This document shows, piece after piece, positions 40,529 to 50,336 of a stretch of DNA of 64,000 nt (position 1 is its first letter; every line of letters starts with the position of its first letter). The position numbers and the translations under genes are program-made. Source of the stretch: an uncultured Gemmatimonadales bacterium (lineage in GTDB: Bacteria > Gemmatimonadota > Gemmatimonadetes > Gemmatimonadales > Gemmatimonadaceae); the NCBI GenBank assembly GCA_963851265.1, contig CAWKNZ010000007.1, positions 192,001 through 256,000 on the forward strand, written 5' to 3'. Below the pieces are notes generated by a model. It did no database searches. It worked only from the letters and a program-made list of their open reading frames with translations, and was not told the origin of the DNA.

Positions 40529-41936
40529 GTCCCGCACCAGCCCCCCGATGCCGCACCCCGCCCCCGCGCGCCGCGCGCTGCGCCGCCTCGCCGCGGCCGG
40601 CGTTGCGTTCGGCACGGCCGCCGCCGCGGCCTGCCACACCGACGTGAACGACCCCGGGATCGTCTCGCCAACGGCGCTCCAGAGCGCCACCGCACTGCCG
40701 ACCGCCATCGCGGGCGCGGCCGGCGACTTCGCCGTCGCGTACGGCGGCAACAACGCGACCGGGGACGAGGGCGTGATCCTGCTCGGCGGCCTGCGCGGCG
40801 ACGAGTGGCGCAACTCCGACCTGTTCAGCACGCGCCTGGAAGTCGACCGCGGTACGATCACGATCAACAACGCTTCGGTCGGCGCGGTCTATCGCAACCT
40901 CAACACCGCGCGCCGCAGCGCCGAGACGGCGGTCGCCACGTTCGTCGGCGCCGCACCGGCCGACTACCGCCGCGGCCTCGCGCTGAGCTACGACGCGTAC
41001 GCGTACGTGCTGCTCGCCGAGAACTTCTGCTCGGGCATCCCGTTCACCGAGTTGGCGTCTAACGGATCGAGCTTCGCGTTCGGCCAGCCGCTGACCACGC
41101 AGCAGGTGTTCCAGATCGCCGCGGCGCGCTTCGACACGGCCGTGACGATTGCGGAGGCGGCGGCGGCGAGCAAGAGCGCCGCCACGCAAGCGAGCGCGCT
41201 GCAGGTCGCCTACCTCGCGCGCGTCGGACGCGCGCGGGCGCTCGTCGGGCTCGGCCAGTACGCTGCGGCCGCGGCCAGCGTCGCCCCGGTGCCGTCGGAC
41301 TTCGTGTACAACGTCGAATACTCCGCGAACACCAACCGCGAGAACAACGGCGTCTATGCGTTCAACACCGTGAACGCGCGCTGGTCGGTGGCCAACGTCG
41401 AAGGCGTGAACGGGCTGCCGTTCATCTCGGACAGCGATCTGCGCGTCCCCGTCGTGGATGCCGGCGCGACCGGGGTCGATAACGTCACGGAACTCTACCT
41501 GTTCGCCAAATACTCGGATTTCGCGTCGCCGATCCCGCTCGCGACGGGCGTCGAGGCGCGGCTGATCGAGGCCGAGGCGTCGCTCAACGCGCAGGGCGGC
41601 GGCGGTGCCGCCGATGCGCTGGCGACGCTCAACCTGCTCCGCGCCGGGGTCGGCCTCGCGCCGCTCACCCTCCAGCCGGACAAGGCGGCGCAGGCACGGC
41701 AGCTGATGTCGGAGCGCGCGTTCTGGCTGTACTCGACTGCGCACCGACTCGGCGACATGCGCCGCCTGATCCGCGCGTCGGCGCTCGGCGGGTACAACGT
41801 CCCGTTCGCGAACGTCTTCCCGGTCGGGCCGTACCCGAAGGGCGGTGCGCCCTACGGGACCGACGCCAACCTGCCGATTCCGGTCGACGAACTGAACAAC
41901 CCGAACTTCAAGCAGTGCATCGACCGTACGACGTGA
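40515..41936 (+). CDS. SusD/RagB-family lipoprotein
   Basis: Lipobox AAAAC (start may be ATG 40548), EARLIEAEA, LNLLRA, ERAFWL...HRLGDMRR, PIP.DE.NNPN. Confidence 0.9.
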   Translation: MSTTESRTSPPMPHPAPARRALRRLAAAGVAFGTAAAAACHTDVNDPGIVSPTALQSATALPTAIAGAAGDFAVAYGGNNATGDEGVILLGGLRGDEWRNSDLFSTRLEVDRGTITINNASVGAVYRNLNTARRSAETAVATFVGAAPADYRRGLALSYDAYAYVLLAENFCSGIPFTELASNGSSFAFGQPLTTQQVFQIAAARFDTAVTIAEAAAASKSAATQASALQVAYLARVGRARALVGLGQYAAAAASVAPVPSDFVYNVEYSANTNRENNGVYAFNTVNARWSVANVEGVNGLPFISDSDLRVPVVDAGATGVDNVTELYLFAKYSDFASPIPLATGVEARLIEAEASLNAQGGGGAADALATLNLLRAGVGLAPLTLQPDKAAQARQLMSERAFWLYSTAHRLGDMRRLIRASALGGYNVPFANVFPVGPYPKGGAPYGTDANLPIPVDELNNPNFKQCIDRTT

Positions 41937-42050
41937 GCATCTGAGAGGCGCTAGGGAGCGGACGTCGCGCCGGGTCGTGATCGGCGAGGCGTTGGCGGAC
42001 CGCTCCCGCCGCCTCCCCGATCCGGCGCCTACCGTCGCCTACCCGGCGGG

Positions 42051-44093
42051 TCAGATCTCCACCACGTTGCCGATCTCGACGCTTCGCTCCGGCGGCAGCC
42101 GGAAGTAGTCCGACGCGGTCGCCGACACGCGCGCGAGCCCCGCGAAGAGGTGCTCGCGCCACAACACCATCCCCTCGCCCTTGGCGGGGCGGATCCGGTC
42201 GCGGTTCACGAAGTACGTCGTCTTGCCGGGCGTGACCACCAGGTCGGGCGCCTGGCGCGCGAGGGCCTCCCGCACGACGTCGCCCTCCAGCGTGTGCGCG
42301 AGGTTCGCGTCCTCCATGAAGCCGAACCGCAGCTCCGCCTGGTAGAAGCCCTCGCCGAGCGAGTGGATCGCGATCCGCTGCGCAGGTGCCACGCACGGCA
42401 CTTGGAGCGTCTTGACCGTCGCGAGCACGGTGTGCTCGTGCGCCACCTTGTTGTGCTTGAGGTTGTGCATCAGCGAGATCGGTGCGCCCGACGGCGTACC
42501 GCTCAGGAACACGCCGGTCCCGGGCACGCGTGTGACCTCACCGGCGCGCACCCGCTCGATCACGTGTGCCACGGTGTCGCTGACGGCCACGGTCCGCGCG
42601 AACACCAGGCGACGCCCCGTCTTCCAGGTCGAGAGCACCGTGAACACGGCGGCCGCGACGCCGAGCGGCAGCCAGCCGCCCTCGAGCACCTTCACGAGGT
42701 TCGCGCCGAGGAACGCGCAGTCGATGATCAGGAAGCCCGCGACGAGTGGAAGCACGCGCCACGCCGGCCACCCCCACCGTTCGCGCGCGACCGTGTAGAA
42801 GATCACCGACGTGATGGCCATCGTGCTCGTGACGGCGATCCCGTACGCGGCGGCGAGCGCGTCCGACGACCGGAAGCCAACGATCAGCGCCACGCACGCC
42901 GCGAGCAGCGCCCAGTTCACGGCCGGCACGTACACCTGCCCGAACTCGTGCTCCGACGTGTGCCGCACCGTGAGGCGCGGCGAGAAGCCGAGTTGGATGG
43001 CCTGCAGCGTGAGCGAGAACGCCCCCGAGATCACCGCCTGCGACGCGATCACGGTGGCGAACGTGCTCAGAATGACGAGTGGGATCAGCGCCCACCCGGC
43101 CGCGAGCCCGAAAAACGGGTGGTCGGCGACGGCCGGCTCGCGCAGCAGTAGCGCCCCCTGCCCGGCGTAGTTGATGAGAAGGGCGGGGTAGACCAGCGCG
43201 AACCAGGCCAGCCGGATCGGCCGCCGCCCGAAGTGCCCCATGTCGGCGTAGAGCGCCTCGCCGCCCGTCACGACGAGCACGACGCTCCCGAGCACGAGGA
43301 ATCCACCGATCCCGTGTTGGGCGAAGAACCGGAGCCCGTGCAACGGGTTGATCGCCGCGAGCACGCTCGGCTCGCGCACGATCTGGACGCCGCCCATGAA
43401 CGCGATCACGGCGAACCAGACGATCATCACCGGGCCGAACACCTTTCCGACGCGGGCCGTGCCGCCCTTCTGGAACATGAAGAGCGCGATGATGATCGCC
43501 ACGGCGAGTGGGAGCACGAACGGCTTCGCGCGCGGCGTTGCGACCTGCAGCCCTTCGACCGCGCTCAGCACCGAGATCGCCGGCGTGATGATGCCGTCGC
43601 CGTACAGGAGCGCCGCGCCGAACACGCCCAGCGCTACGAGAAATTTGCGCTCGCTCCGTCCGGTCGGGCGGATCGGCGTCGCCAGGGCGGTCAGGGCGAG
43701 GATGCCCCCCTCGCCGTGGTTGTCGGCGCGCATCACGAAGATCAGGTACTTGATCGATACCACGAGCGTGAGCGCCCAGAAGACGAGCGAGAGCACGCCG
43801 AGCACGTTGGCGGGGGTCGCCGGCACGCCGTGCTCGCCGTGGAAGCACTCGCTGAGCGCATACAGCGGACTCGTGCCGATGTCGCCGTAGACGACGCCGG
43901 CCGCCCCGAGCGCGAGGAGTGCGAGGTACCGCCCGGTCGCGGGCGGGCCGCCGTGTCGCGGTTCGTCCGCGCTCTCGCTGTGCCGCGCGGCATCGGCCGC
44001 GGCGGCCGTGGCGAGTCCTGCACCGCCGGGCGCGGTGGTGGGGGCGGCGGCTTCGACGGCCGCGCGTGGGGTCAGGGGCGGGGCGGCGGGCAT
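42051..44093 (-). CDS. kup: KUP/HAK/KT potassium uptake protein
   Basis: GVVYGDIGTSPLYA, ADNHGEGG, YGDGIITPAISVLSAVEG, GGEALYADMGHFG, AAAYGIAVT, FGFME. Confidence 0.97.
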   Translation of the reverse strand: MPAAPPLTPRAAVEAAAPTTAPGGAGLATAAAADAARHSESADEPRHGGPPATGRYLALLALGAAGVVYGDIGTSPLYALSECFHGEHGVPATPANVLGVLSLVFWALTLVVSIKYLIFVMRADNHGEGGILALTALATPIRPTGRSERKFLVALGVFGAALLYGDGIITPAISVLSAVEGLQVATPRAKPFVLPLAVAIIIALFMFQKGGTARVGKVFGPVMIVWFAVIAFMGGVQIVREPSVLAAINPLHGLRFFAQHGIGGFLVLGSVVLVVTGGEALYADMGHFGRRPIRLAWFALVYPALLINYAGQGALLLREPAVADHPFFGLAAGWALIPLVILSTFATVIASQAVISGAFSLTLQAIQLGFSPRLTVRHTSEHEFGQVYVPAVNWALLAACVALIVGFRSSDALAAAYGIAVTSTMAITSVIFYTVARERWGWPAWRVLPLVAGFLIIDCAFLGANLVKVLEGGWLPLGVAAAVFTVLSTWKTGRRLVFARTVAVSDTVAHVIERVRAGEVTRVPGTGVFLSGTPSGAPISLMHNLKHNKVAHEHTVLATVKTLQVPCVAPAQRIAIHSLGEGFYQAELRFGFMEDANLAHTLEGDVVREALARQAPDLVVTPGKTTYFVNRDRIRPAKGEGMVLWREHLFAGLARVSATASDYFRLPPERSVEIGNVVEI

Positions 44094-44137
44094 GCGGCGC
44101 CGACTGTGCACGCCTTGCGCCGTGCTTGCTACACGTG

Positions 44138-44173
44138 AAAACCCCGGCCTCGCGTCGACGCGAGGCCGGGGTT
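44138..44173 (-). terminator. intrinsic terminator (minus strand)
   Basis: Perfect 34-nt palindrome aaccccggcctcgcgtcgacgcgaggccggggtt (44140-44173) ending in TTTT on the minus strand. Confidence 0.75.
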
Positions 44174-44237
44174 CCCCGGGCGGGGCGCTCGCGGGCCCGC
44201 GAGCCCGGAGCGCCGACCCGGCCCGCGTCGGAGCCTA

Positions 44238-45145
44238 GACGGTGTTATGAACCGGCGGCGAACAGCTTGGCCGCGCGGGCGAGGAGGATACAGGCGAACG
44301 CGAGCACGTGCAGGCCCGCGAGCGTCGTCGGCAGGCGTTCGTAGTCCTTCGCGAGCCGGCGGAAGCGGCGCATCCAGCTAATCGAGCGCTCGACCACCCA
44401 GCGGCGTGGGAGCAGCACGAAGCCGCGCTTCGCCTCAGGCAGTTTCACCACCTCCACCGCGATCCCCGCGGCCGCCGCGTCGGTCCGCACCGCGTCCCCA
44501 CTGTACCCCTGATCCACGTACGCGAGGGCGACCGTGCCGCCGGTGACGGCCTGCACCTCCGCGGCGAGCGCGGCCACCTCGGCGCGTTCGTCGACGTCGG
44601 CCGGCGTGACGCGCAGGGCCAGCAAGTGGCCTAACGTATCGACCGCGAGGTGTAGTTTGCTGCCCTTCTTGCGCTTGTGCCCGCTGTAGCCGGCCCGGGG
44701 CCCGCTCTCGGGCGTGCTCTGGAGGACGGTGCCATCGAGGATCACCGCCGTGGGCTGCGGGCCGCGGCCCGCTCCGTCCTTCGCCTCGACGTCCGCCAGC
44801 CGGAGCACCACCCGGAGGTCGTGCACCATGGCCTCGAACACGCCCGCCCGGAGCCAGCGCTGCGTCTGCTGATACACCGTGTACCACGGTGGGAGGTCGT
44901 GGGGCAGGTAGCGCCACGCGCCCCCCACGCGCACGAGATAGCGCAAGCCGTTGAATACCTCGCGCAGGCTGTGCTCGCGCTGCGCGGCGTCCTCACGCAT
45001 CAGCGTCAGGTACGGGGCGACGAACGCCCACTCTTCTTCCGACACGTCGCTCGGGTACGCCCGCCGGGCCGGCACGTCGGCCGTGAACTGCAGCTGCATG
45101 GCCGTAAGTACCACGGCCGGAAGCACATAGGTTCATGACACCGTC
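44238..45145 (-). mobile_element. IS5-family insertion sequence, ~0.9 kb, inserted at CTAG
   Basis: TIRs GACGGTGTTATGAACC (44238-44253) and GGTTCATGACACCGTC (45130-45145), 15/16 match; CTAG at both junctions (TA or CTAG duplication). Confidence 0.93.
44245..45099 (-). CDS. IS5-family DDE transposase
   Basis: YPSDVSEEEWAFVAPYL, WRYLPHDLPPW.TVYQ, ILDGT, GSKLHLAVDTLG, YVDQGY, RWVVERS..W..RFRRL.KDYE; single intact ORF, TAA stop inside the TIR. Confidence 0.95.
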   Translation of the reverse strand: MQLQFTADVPARRAYPSDVSEEEWAFVAPYLTLMREDAAQREHSLREVFNGLRYLVRVGGAWRYLPHDLPPWYTVYQQTQRWLRAGVFEAMVHDLRVVLRLADVEAKDGAGRGPQPTAVILDGTVLQSTPESGPRAGYSGHKRKKGSKLHLAVDTLGHLLALRVTPADVDERAEVAALAAEVQAVTGGTVALAYVDQGYSGDAVRTDAAAAGIAVEVVKLPEAKRGFVLLPRRWVVERSISWMRRFRRLAKDYERLPTTLAGLHVLAFACILLARAAKLFAAGS

Positions 45146-45390
45146 TAGCGGTGCAACGAGGGCGTCAGCCGCGAGAGCACGGCTCGCGCGGCGTCGCGGT
45201 CGCCATCGCTCACGACGTCGCGTTCGCGGGCCGCGCGGAACGAGGCGAGCACCTCGTCGCACAGCTCACGCAGGTGCACGCGGCGGCGGCGGTTGGCAGG
45301 CACCGAGCGGGGACCCGCTTCGGCGGAGGTAACGGCGGCGGGACGCGGAGCGATCGTCATCGGGTCATCGGCATCGCGAGAGGTGATCAT
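45145..45390 (-). CDS. small hypothetical protein
   Basis: 81 aa (or from ATG 45360); helical core HLRELCDEVLASFRAARERD; its TAG stop is the IS target. Confidence 0.6.
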   Translation of the reverse strand: MITSRDADDPMTIAPRPAAVTSAEAGPRSVPANRRRRVHLRELCDEVLASFRAARERDVVSDGDRDAARAVLSRLTPSLHR

Positions 45391-45543
45391 GTGGCGGGAT
45401 CGAGCCCCACCCGCACGCCGGCAAAGGCAGAACGCGGGCCACGAGCGCGTTCCGCGCGCCGCTCGCGCCGGAGGAGTCCCGGCCGGACGCGCACGCCGCC
45501 ATCATTCGCGCGCCGTTGCTGTTCCGCGCTCTCATCCCGACCG

Positions 45544-47526
45544 ATGCCACGTTCGATTCCCACCGCCGCGCTCGCCGCCGCGCTCACTGCCTTCTGCGCC
45601 ACCGCGACCGTCGCCTGCGCGCAACCCGCGCCGCCGCCCGGCGCCTCGCCCACGGTGCCGCGTTCGCTCTTCCCGGAGTCCGACTCGGCGTTCGTCCGCG
45701 CCAACTACGTGAAGCGCGAGTACCGGGTCCCCATGCGGGACGGCGTGAAGCTGTTCACGATCGTGTACGCGCCGAAGGACGCGGGTGCGACAACGCGGTA
45801 TCCGATGGTCATGCAGCGCACGTGCTACTCGGTCGCGCCGTACGGACCCGACGCGTACGCGCCGACCATCGGCCCCGACCCGTTCATGCTCCGCGACAAG
45901 TACATCTTCGTCTACCAGGACGTGCGGGGCCGGTACGAGAGCGAGGGCGAATTCGTCAACGTGCGCCCGTTCGTCAGCGACTCCGAGAAGGCGCGCAATC
46001 CGAAGGCGGTCGACGAGGCGAGCGACACGTACGACACGATCGACTGGCTGCTCAAGAACGTGTCGGGCCACAACGGCAAGGTCGGGCAGTGGGGGATCAG
46101 CTACCCCGGCTTCTACACGTCGATGGGCGCCCTCTCGCGCCACCCCGCGCTCGTCGCGTCGAGCCCGCAGGCGCCCGTGACCGACTTCTTCTTCGAGGAC
46201 TTCCACCACAACGGCGTGTTGACGCAGGGCTACTTCTACGCCTACCCGTTGTTCGGCATCCCGACCGGCGGGCCGCGCGCCGACAACTGGTGGATGCCGC
46301 GCATGGTCCAGGAGGGGCACGACGACGACTACGACTTTCAGTTAGGCCTCGGCCCGCTCCGCACGACCACCGACCGGTACTACCGCGAGAACGTGTTCTG
46401 GCAGGAGATCATCCGGCACCCCGACTACGATGCCTTCTGGCAGGCGCGCGCGGTGCCGCCGCACCTCACCGGCATCAAGCACGCGGTGATGACCGTCGGC
46501 GGCTGGTTCGACGCCGAGGACCTGTACGGCCCGCTCGCGGTCTACAAGACGATCGAGCGCAACAGCCCGGGCACGTACAACACGATCGTCGAGGGCCCGT
46601 TCCGGCACGGCGGGTGGGCGCGGCAGGGCGTCGAGCACACGATCCACGGCGACCTCTACTTCGGCGACTCGCTCGAGACCAAGTTCCAGCGCGACGTCGA
46701 GGCGGTGTTCTTCCGCCACTGGCTCAAGGGCCCGGCCGATGGCAAGACGGGACTGCCCGACGCTCTGATGTTCGACACCGGCCGCAAGCAGTGGCGCGGC
46801 TTCGACGCGTGGCCGGCGAGGACCGCGCGGCCGCGCAGTTACTACTTCACGGCCGCGGGCGGGCTGACGACCGCCCCCCCGAGCGTGCCGGCGGGCGCGC
46901 CGGCGTTCCGCTCGTACGTGAGCGACCCCGCGCGCCCCGTTCCGAGCCGCTGTCTCGCGCCGACGATCCAGGGGCTCACGATGTACCAGTACATGAGCGA
47001 CGACCAACGGTGTTTCGACGACCGCAAGGACGTGCTCACCTTCGTCACCGACACGCTCCGCGAGGACGTGACGTTGGGCGGCGAGATCACCGCGCGGCTC
47101 CGGGTCGCGACCACGGGCCGAGACGCCGACTACGTGGTCAAGCTCGTCGACGTCTACCCCATGAGCGAGCCCGATCACCCGTACATGCCGTACAAGAACG
47201 TCCACCTCGCGGGCTACCAACAACTCGTGCGCGGCGAGATCATGCGCGCGCGCTACCGCAAGGGCTTCGCGCGCCCCATGCCGATGACGCCCGGCGCGGT
47301 CGAGGACGTGACGTTCCGCCTCCAGGACGTGCTGCACACGTTCAGGAAGGGGCACCGTCTGATGGTGCAGGTGCAGAGCTCGTGGTTCCCCGCGTTCGAC
47401 CGCAACCCGCAGACATACGTGCCCAACATCTACGAGGCACGCGCGTCCGACTTCGTGGCCGCCACGCAGCGCGTCTACACGGGCGGCGCCGACGCGAGCC
47501 GCCTCGACGTACAGGTGCTGCCGTGA
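45544..47526 (+). CDS. CocE/NonD-family serine hydrolase (S15; alpha-amino acid ester hydrolase-like), secreted
   Basis: Signal peptide; VPMRDGVKLFT, QDVRGRYESEG, WGISYPG nucleophile elbow, GGWFDAED, HTFRKGHRLMVQVQSSWFP. Confidence 0.93.
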   Translation: MPRSIPTAALAAALTAFCATATVACAQPAPPPGASPTVPRSLFPESDSAFVRANYVKREYRVPMRDGVKLFTIVYAPKDAGATTRYPMVMQRTCYSVAPYGPDAYAPTIGPDPFMLRDKYIFVYQDVRGRYESEGEFVNVRPFVSDSEKARNPKAVDEASDTYDTIDWLLKNVSGHNGKVGQWGISYPGFYTSMGALSRHPALVASSPQAPVTDFFFEDFHHNGVLTQGYFYAYPLFGIPTGGPRADNWWMPRMVQEGHDDDYDFQLGLGPLRTTTDRYYRENVFWQEIIRHPDYDAFWQARAVPPHLTGIKHAVMTVGGWFDAEDLYGPLAVYKTIERNSPGTYNTIVEGPFRHGGWARQGVEHTIHGDLYFGDSLETKFQRDVEAVFFRHWLKGPADGKTGLPDALMFDTGRKQWRGFDAWPARTARPRSYYFTAAGGLTTAPPSVPAGAPAFRSYVSDPARPVPSRCLAPTIQGLTMYQYMSDDQRCFDDRKDVLTFVTDTLREDVTLGGEITARLRVATTGRDADYVVKLVDVYPMSEPDHPYMPYKNVHLAGYQQLVRGEIMRARYRKGFARPMPMTPGAVEDVTFRLQDVLHTFRKGHRLMVQVQSSWFPAFDRNPQTYVPNIYEARASDFVAATQRVYTGGADASRLDVQVLP

Positions 47527-47575
47527 GCCACGGCGGGCGCCGGGGCGCGCGGTCGCCCCGGCGCCCGCCCCAGGC

Positions 47576-50089
47576 CTACCGCGGCAGCCGCGCCAGCGCG
47601 TACTGCACGGCGAGGTCGCTCGTGCTCCATAGCTGCACGTCCCCGGCCGTGCCGTAGCGCACGGCCGCGGGTCGGCCCCCGCGGAAGTCGTAGCTCCACA
47701 GTTCGGAGCGGAACCCCGACGCGGCCACGGCGCCCAACACGCGACCGATCGCGTCGCGGAGTGCGCCGGCCGTCGCGCCGCCCGGCTCCGCCGCGACACG
47801 GCGCGCGGCGCCGAGGACGAACAGGTTCGCCTCGCGCCCCCACACCACGCGCGGGCCGTGGTAAGGGTCCTGCACGAACGCCTCCCACACCGCCGGCGGC
47901 GCGTACGCGTCGTTCGCCACCACCGGCCCGACGCGGTCGACGAACAACCCGACGGGGTACGGCCGCACGAACAGCGCGACGTCGCGGGCCGTGCGCGCCG
48001 CGTCCGCCGGATCGCGCCCGACGACGGTCGCCTCGGCGTCGCCGAGAAACAGGCGCGTGGCCGGGTCGGTGTTCGCGATCCCGATCGGGCGGCCGGCCGC
48101 GTCGAGCGAGACCGCGTCGAAGGTGAGCGAGTCGCGGTCGGCGCCCGTGCGCGCGAGCAGGGCGGCCCAGTACGCCCGCTCGTCCGCCGGCATCGCCGCG
48201 AGCCGCGCGGTGACGGCCTCGCGGACCTCGGCCGGCGCGAGCCGGACGACGAAGTGCCGTTCGGCGCCGCGCCAGGCGTCCACGGCGCGCGCGAGCGCGG
48301 ACGGGTCGCGCGCGTAGCTGCCTAATGGAGTGCCCGCGGCCAGCTCGGGGGCGGCGGCGAGGAGCGGCGCGAGCGGCACGCCCGCCCCCGGCAGCGCGGC
48401 GAGGATGCGCCCGATGGACTCGAGCGCGTGCGGCGCCCAGATCGCGTTCACGTCGTACGCGTACTTGCCGTTGGCGTAGCCGACGCGGCTGTCGCGCCAG
48501 CTGAGGCCCGTGTACTGCCCGGGCGCCCGCGCTGGGAAGTCGACGAGGTGCGCGACGCTCGGCTCGGCGGCGTAGGGGGCCGTGCGCCGCGCGACGCGGG
48601 CCAGTTCGCGCAGGAGCTGCGCAAGCCGCGTGGCGCCCGGCCGCACGCCCACGGGAAGCTCCGACGCCGAATCGGCGGGGGCGAGGAGGAACGCGCGTTT
48701 GCGCGCCGCCGGGATCTGCGGGTCGGTGAGCCAGCGCGCGACGAGGATGGGCACCTGGAAGTCGGTGTCGACCATCACGTAGTTCTCGCGCGTGCGGCGC
48801 GCGTCGGCGAGGACGCGGCGCGCGCGGCGCAGCAGCGTGTCGGCCGCGGACGCGTCGCCGGCACGCGTCGCGCGCCCGCTCAGCTCGACCAGTCGTGCGT
48901 ACTCGACCGCCGCCTCGCGCACCGCCTGCTCTCCGACCGCCTCCTCGTGGCTGACGGCGCCCTCGGGGGAGAGCCCGCGGAGCACGCTGCCCACCACCAC
49001 CTCGACCGATGCGTCGCGCCAGATGGGCTGCATCATGAGTGCGGTCATCAGCTGGTCGCGCCCGAAGTACGTCGCGTACGTTGGCAGGCCGGCCATGAAC
49101 TCTCGACGCGAGGCCAGCAACTCCACGCCGCGCACCTGTCGCTCGAGCACGCGCGCCTGAAGCCGCGCCGAATCCGTCGCGCCGGGCTGCGCCGCGGCGC
49201 GCTGCGCGGCGGCGACGAAGCCGAGGAAGTCGGGCGTGAAGATTTCGTTGCGCGTCAGCGGCGAGAGCGTGCGCCCCGTCGTGGTGACGGTGACGGTCAG
49301 CCGCAGTGGCGTGCGGGGATCGCGCGCGCGAAACACGAAAGTGTCGCCGTCGAGTTCCGCCGCGACGGCGCGCGCGTCGGCGCGGAACTCGAGCGCGAGC
49401 GTGTCGCGCCCGTCGAGTGACGGCTGCACCACGCGCGCGACCGCGGCGCGCGTGCCGGACGCCGTGGGAGGGTCGAGCGTGACGCGCGGCTGCACGCGTG
49501 CGCGGAGGGTCGCGAGGTCGCGCGCGCCGAGCAGCGCGAGGTGGTCGTGCTGGACCGACGGCGGGAGCGTGGCGATCGCGGCGAGGAGGCTGTCGAACTC
49601 CGCGACCCGGGCGGGCGTGCCCCCGAACGGGGCGAGGTGTTGCTTGTGATCCTGGAACTCCCGCTCGACCCGCATCGAGTTGAGGACGAACAGACCCAGG
49701 CGGATGGTCGGCGTGCGCGCGTCGACGTCGTACGTGAAGGCGCGACTGCCGGCGCGCCCGGTGCGCGGTGTACGCGACACCGTCGCTCCGGGTCCCGCCC
49801 AGACCAACGGGGCGGGTCGGCCCGCGGTGTCGCGCGCGGTGAAGCCCACGCTTTCGTTCTCGGCGTCGGCCAGCAGGTGCACCACGCGCCCCACGCGGCC
49901 GTCGAGGTAGAGCTGGACGGTGTTGGATGCCGCGTCGCGGAAGAGACGCGTCTGATACCCGGCGTATGCCGCACTGTCGTCGAGCCCCGCTTCGGGGAAC
50001 GCGAGGACGGGGCGGATCGCGTGCGGGGGCGACGGCGGCGGACGGTGAAGGGCGGCGGCGAGCAGCCCGGCCGCGACAATCGGAAGCAT
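47576..50089 (-). CDS. secreted uncharacterised protein, probable six-hairpin glycosidase-like
   Basis: Signal-like N-terminus; FMAGLPTYATYFGRD, SHEE, YVMVDTDF, SWRDS motifs resembling amylo-alpha-1,6-glucosidase-type (alpha/alpha)6 enzymes. Confidence 0.65.
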   Translation of the reverse strand: MLPIVAAGLLAAALHRPPPSPPHAIRPVLAFPEAGLDDSAAYAGYQTRLFRDAASNTVQLYLDGRVGRVVHLLADAENESVGFTARDTAGRPAPLVWAGPGATVSRTPRTGRAGSRAFTYDVDARTPTIRLGLFVLNSMRVEREFQDHKQHLAPFGGTPARVAEFDSLLAAIATLPPSVQHDHLALLGARDLATLRARVQPRVTLDPPTASGTRAAVARVVQPSLDGRDTLALEFRADARAVAAELDGDTFVFRARDPRTPLRLTVTVTTTGRTLSPLTRNEIFTPDFLGFVAAAQRAAAQPGATDSARLQARVLERQVRGVELLASRREFMAGLPTYATYFGRDQLMTALMMQPIWRDASVEVVVGSVLRGLSPEGAVSHEEAVGEQAVREAAVEYARLVELSGRATRAGDASAADTLLRRARRVLADARRTRENYVMVDTDFQVPILVARWLTDPQIPAARKRAFLLAPADSASELPVGVRPGATRLAQLLRELARVARRTAPYAAEPSVAHLVDFPARAPGQYTGLSWRDSRVGYANGKYAYDVNAIWAPHALESIGRILAALPGAGVPLAPLLAAAPELAAGTPLGSYARDPSALARAVDAWRGAERHFVVRLAPAEVREAVTARLAAMPADERAYWAALLARTGADRDSLTFDAVSLDAAGRPIGIANTDPATRLFLGDAEATVVGRDPADAARTARDVALFVRPYPVGLFVDRVGPVVANDAYAPPAVWEAFVQDPYHGPRVVWGREANLFVLGAARRVAAEPGGATAGALRDAIGRVLGAVAASGFRSELWSYDFRGGRPAAVRYGTAGDVQLWSTSDLAVQYALARLPR

Positions 50090-50285
50090 GGGGCGGGAAC
50101 GAACAGGAAAGGACGGGCATGAACGCGCGGGTCGCGCACATGCTATGTGCGGAACCGTGCGCGCAGAACCTTGTGTGCAGAACGATCGGTGTGGGACTGT
50201 CGGCGCACGACGGTGTGGGCGCCCGCGGCAGTTCGTTCGACTAACGATCAAATGCGGCGCTGGGCCGCGGCGCCCCTTCCGGCGC

Positions 50286-50336
50286 TTGACATCCCGCGTC
50301 CGCCCGGCAAGTTCCCGGCTAGTTGAACCTGTTCAA
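50286..50336 (+). promoter_or_regulatory. putative susC promoter (-35 TTGACA) with LacI-type operator palindrome TTGAACCTGTTCAA
   Basis: TTGACA at 50286-50291; TTGAAC-ct-GTTCAA at 50323-50336; the -10 box is not clear. Confidence 0.5.

Noticed and set aside
44094..44237. c-di-AMP (ydaO) riboswitch upstream of kup
   Set aside because: Only a GGGGAACC fragment is present. The other conserved blocks (GCTGAATCC, GGGGTGAAT, CCCGAACCCGTCAGCTAAC) are absent, and the hairpin is explained as the terminator of the upstream gene.
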